A stretch of DNA of 63,788 nucleotides, counting the filler, from Octopus bimaculoides (Eukaryota): assembly GCF_001194135.2 (NCBI RefSeq). It is 8 parts of 8 records of this genome, joined end to end, with 100 filler letters (N's around TTAATTAATTAA, not from the genome) between each part and the next. Parts side by side here need not be neighbours in the genome. Positions count along the whole stretch, not along the records: positions 60,550 to 63,788 come from NC_068982.1; 7 more parts are not named here. One strand, given 5' to 3'. Below, piece after piece: positions 63,546 through 63,788 of the stretch. How positions within the stretch are numbered: position 1 is the stretch's first letter; the number at the start of each line of letters is the position of its first letter. The notes beneath the pieces are model-generated. The model ran no database searches. It saw only the letters and a list, made by a program, of their open reading frames with translations, and was not told the origin of the DNA. The translations under genes were made by a program, and so were the position numbers.

Positions 63546-63788
63546 TAAAGAGAATAATGAAATCTAAAAACGCTGTCTAGACTACGCAACCCTCAACTGT
63601 TAGTAGCTACGATACCATATTTCTACATTAATAACTCTCCAATCCATGCCAGCATGGAACATGGATATTAAGTGGAATGCTAGAAGAAAGTTTTCAACTC
63701 ATATGTATATAAAGTAAATACACGTAATTCAGAAACACGTTTTGTGTATTTTATTTCGTAACCAAACAAACAGGTACAGATTATAAAT

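Overview
AT-rich, microsatellite-dense animal genomic DNA from a gapped draft assembly. The SINE and RTE repeat families look like those of Octopus (inference from recalled families). Seven 100-bp gaps carry an artificial TTAATTAATTAA six-frame-stop linker, so adjacency across them is unproven. Most of the window is retrotransposon and DNA-transposon debris: two long decayed RTE LINEs, a CsRn1-like Ty3/Gypsy element with a tRNA-Trp PBS and non-matching LTRs, hAT and mariner remnants, Penelope-like (PLE) GIY-YIG fragments, a tandemly amplified R4/Dong-like fragment and many tRNA-derived SINEs. Host-gene content I can support: two spliced exons of an SLC6 sodium:neurotransmitter symporter (TM11-TM12, 48664-49964, +); two spliced exons of an unidentified, possibly secreted Cys-rich protein (46338-47799, +); and a small CpG island with tandem ETS motifs and a splice donor that looks like the promoter and first exon of a minus-strand gene (11.4-11.6 kb). 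The most interesting signals are a core-intact minimal hammerhead ribozyme motif in a PLE-type terminus (36510-36553, -), the orphan exons, a CpG-depleted/CpG-retaining domain structure, and two long hairpins at 19.3-19.65 kb. Most ORFs in the supplied track are microsatellite or N-gap artefacts. I found no clearly novel multi-gene system.
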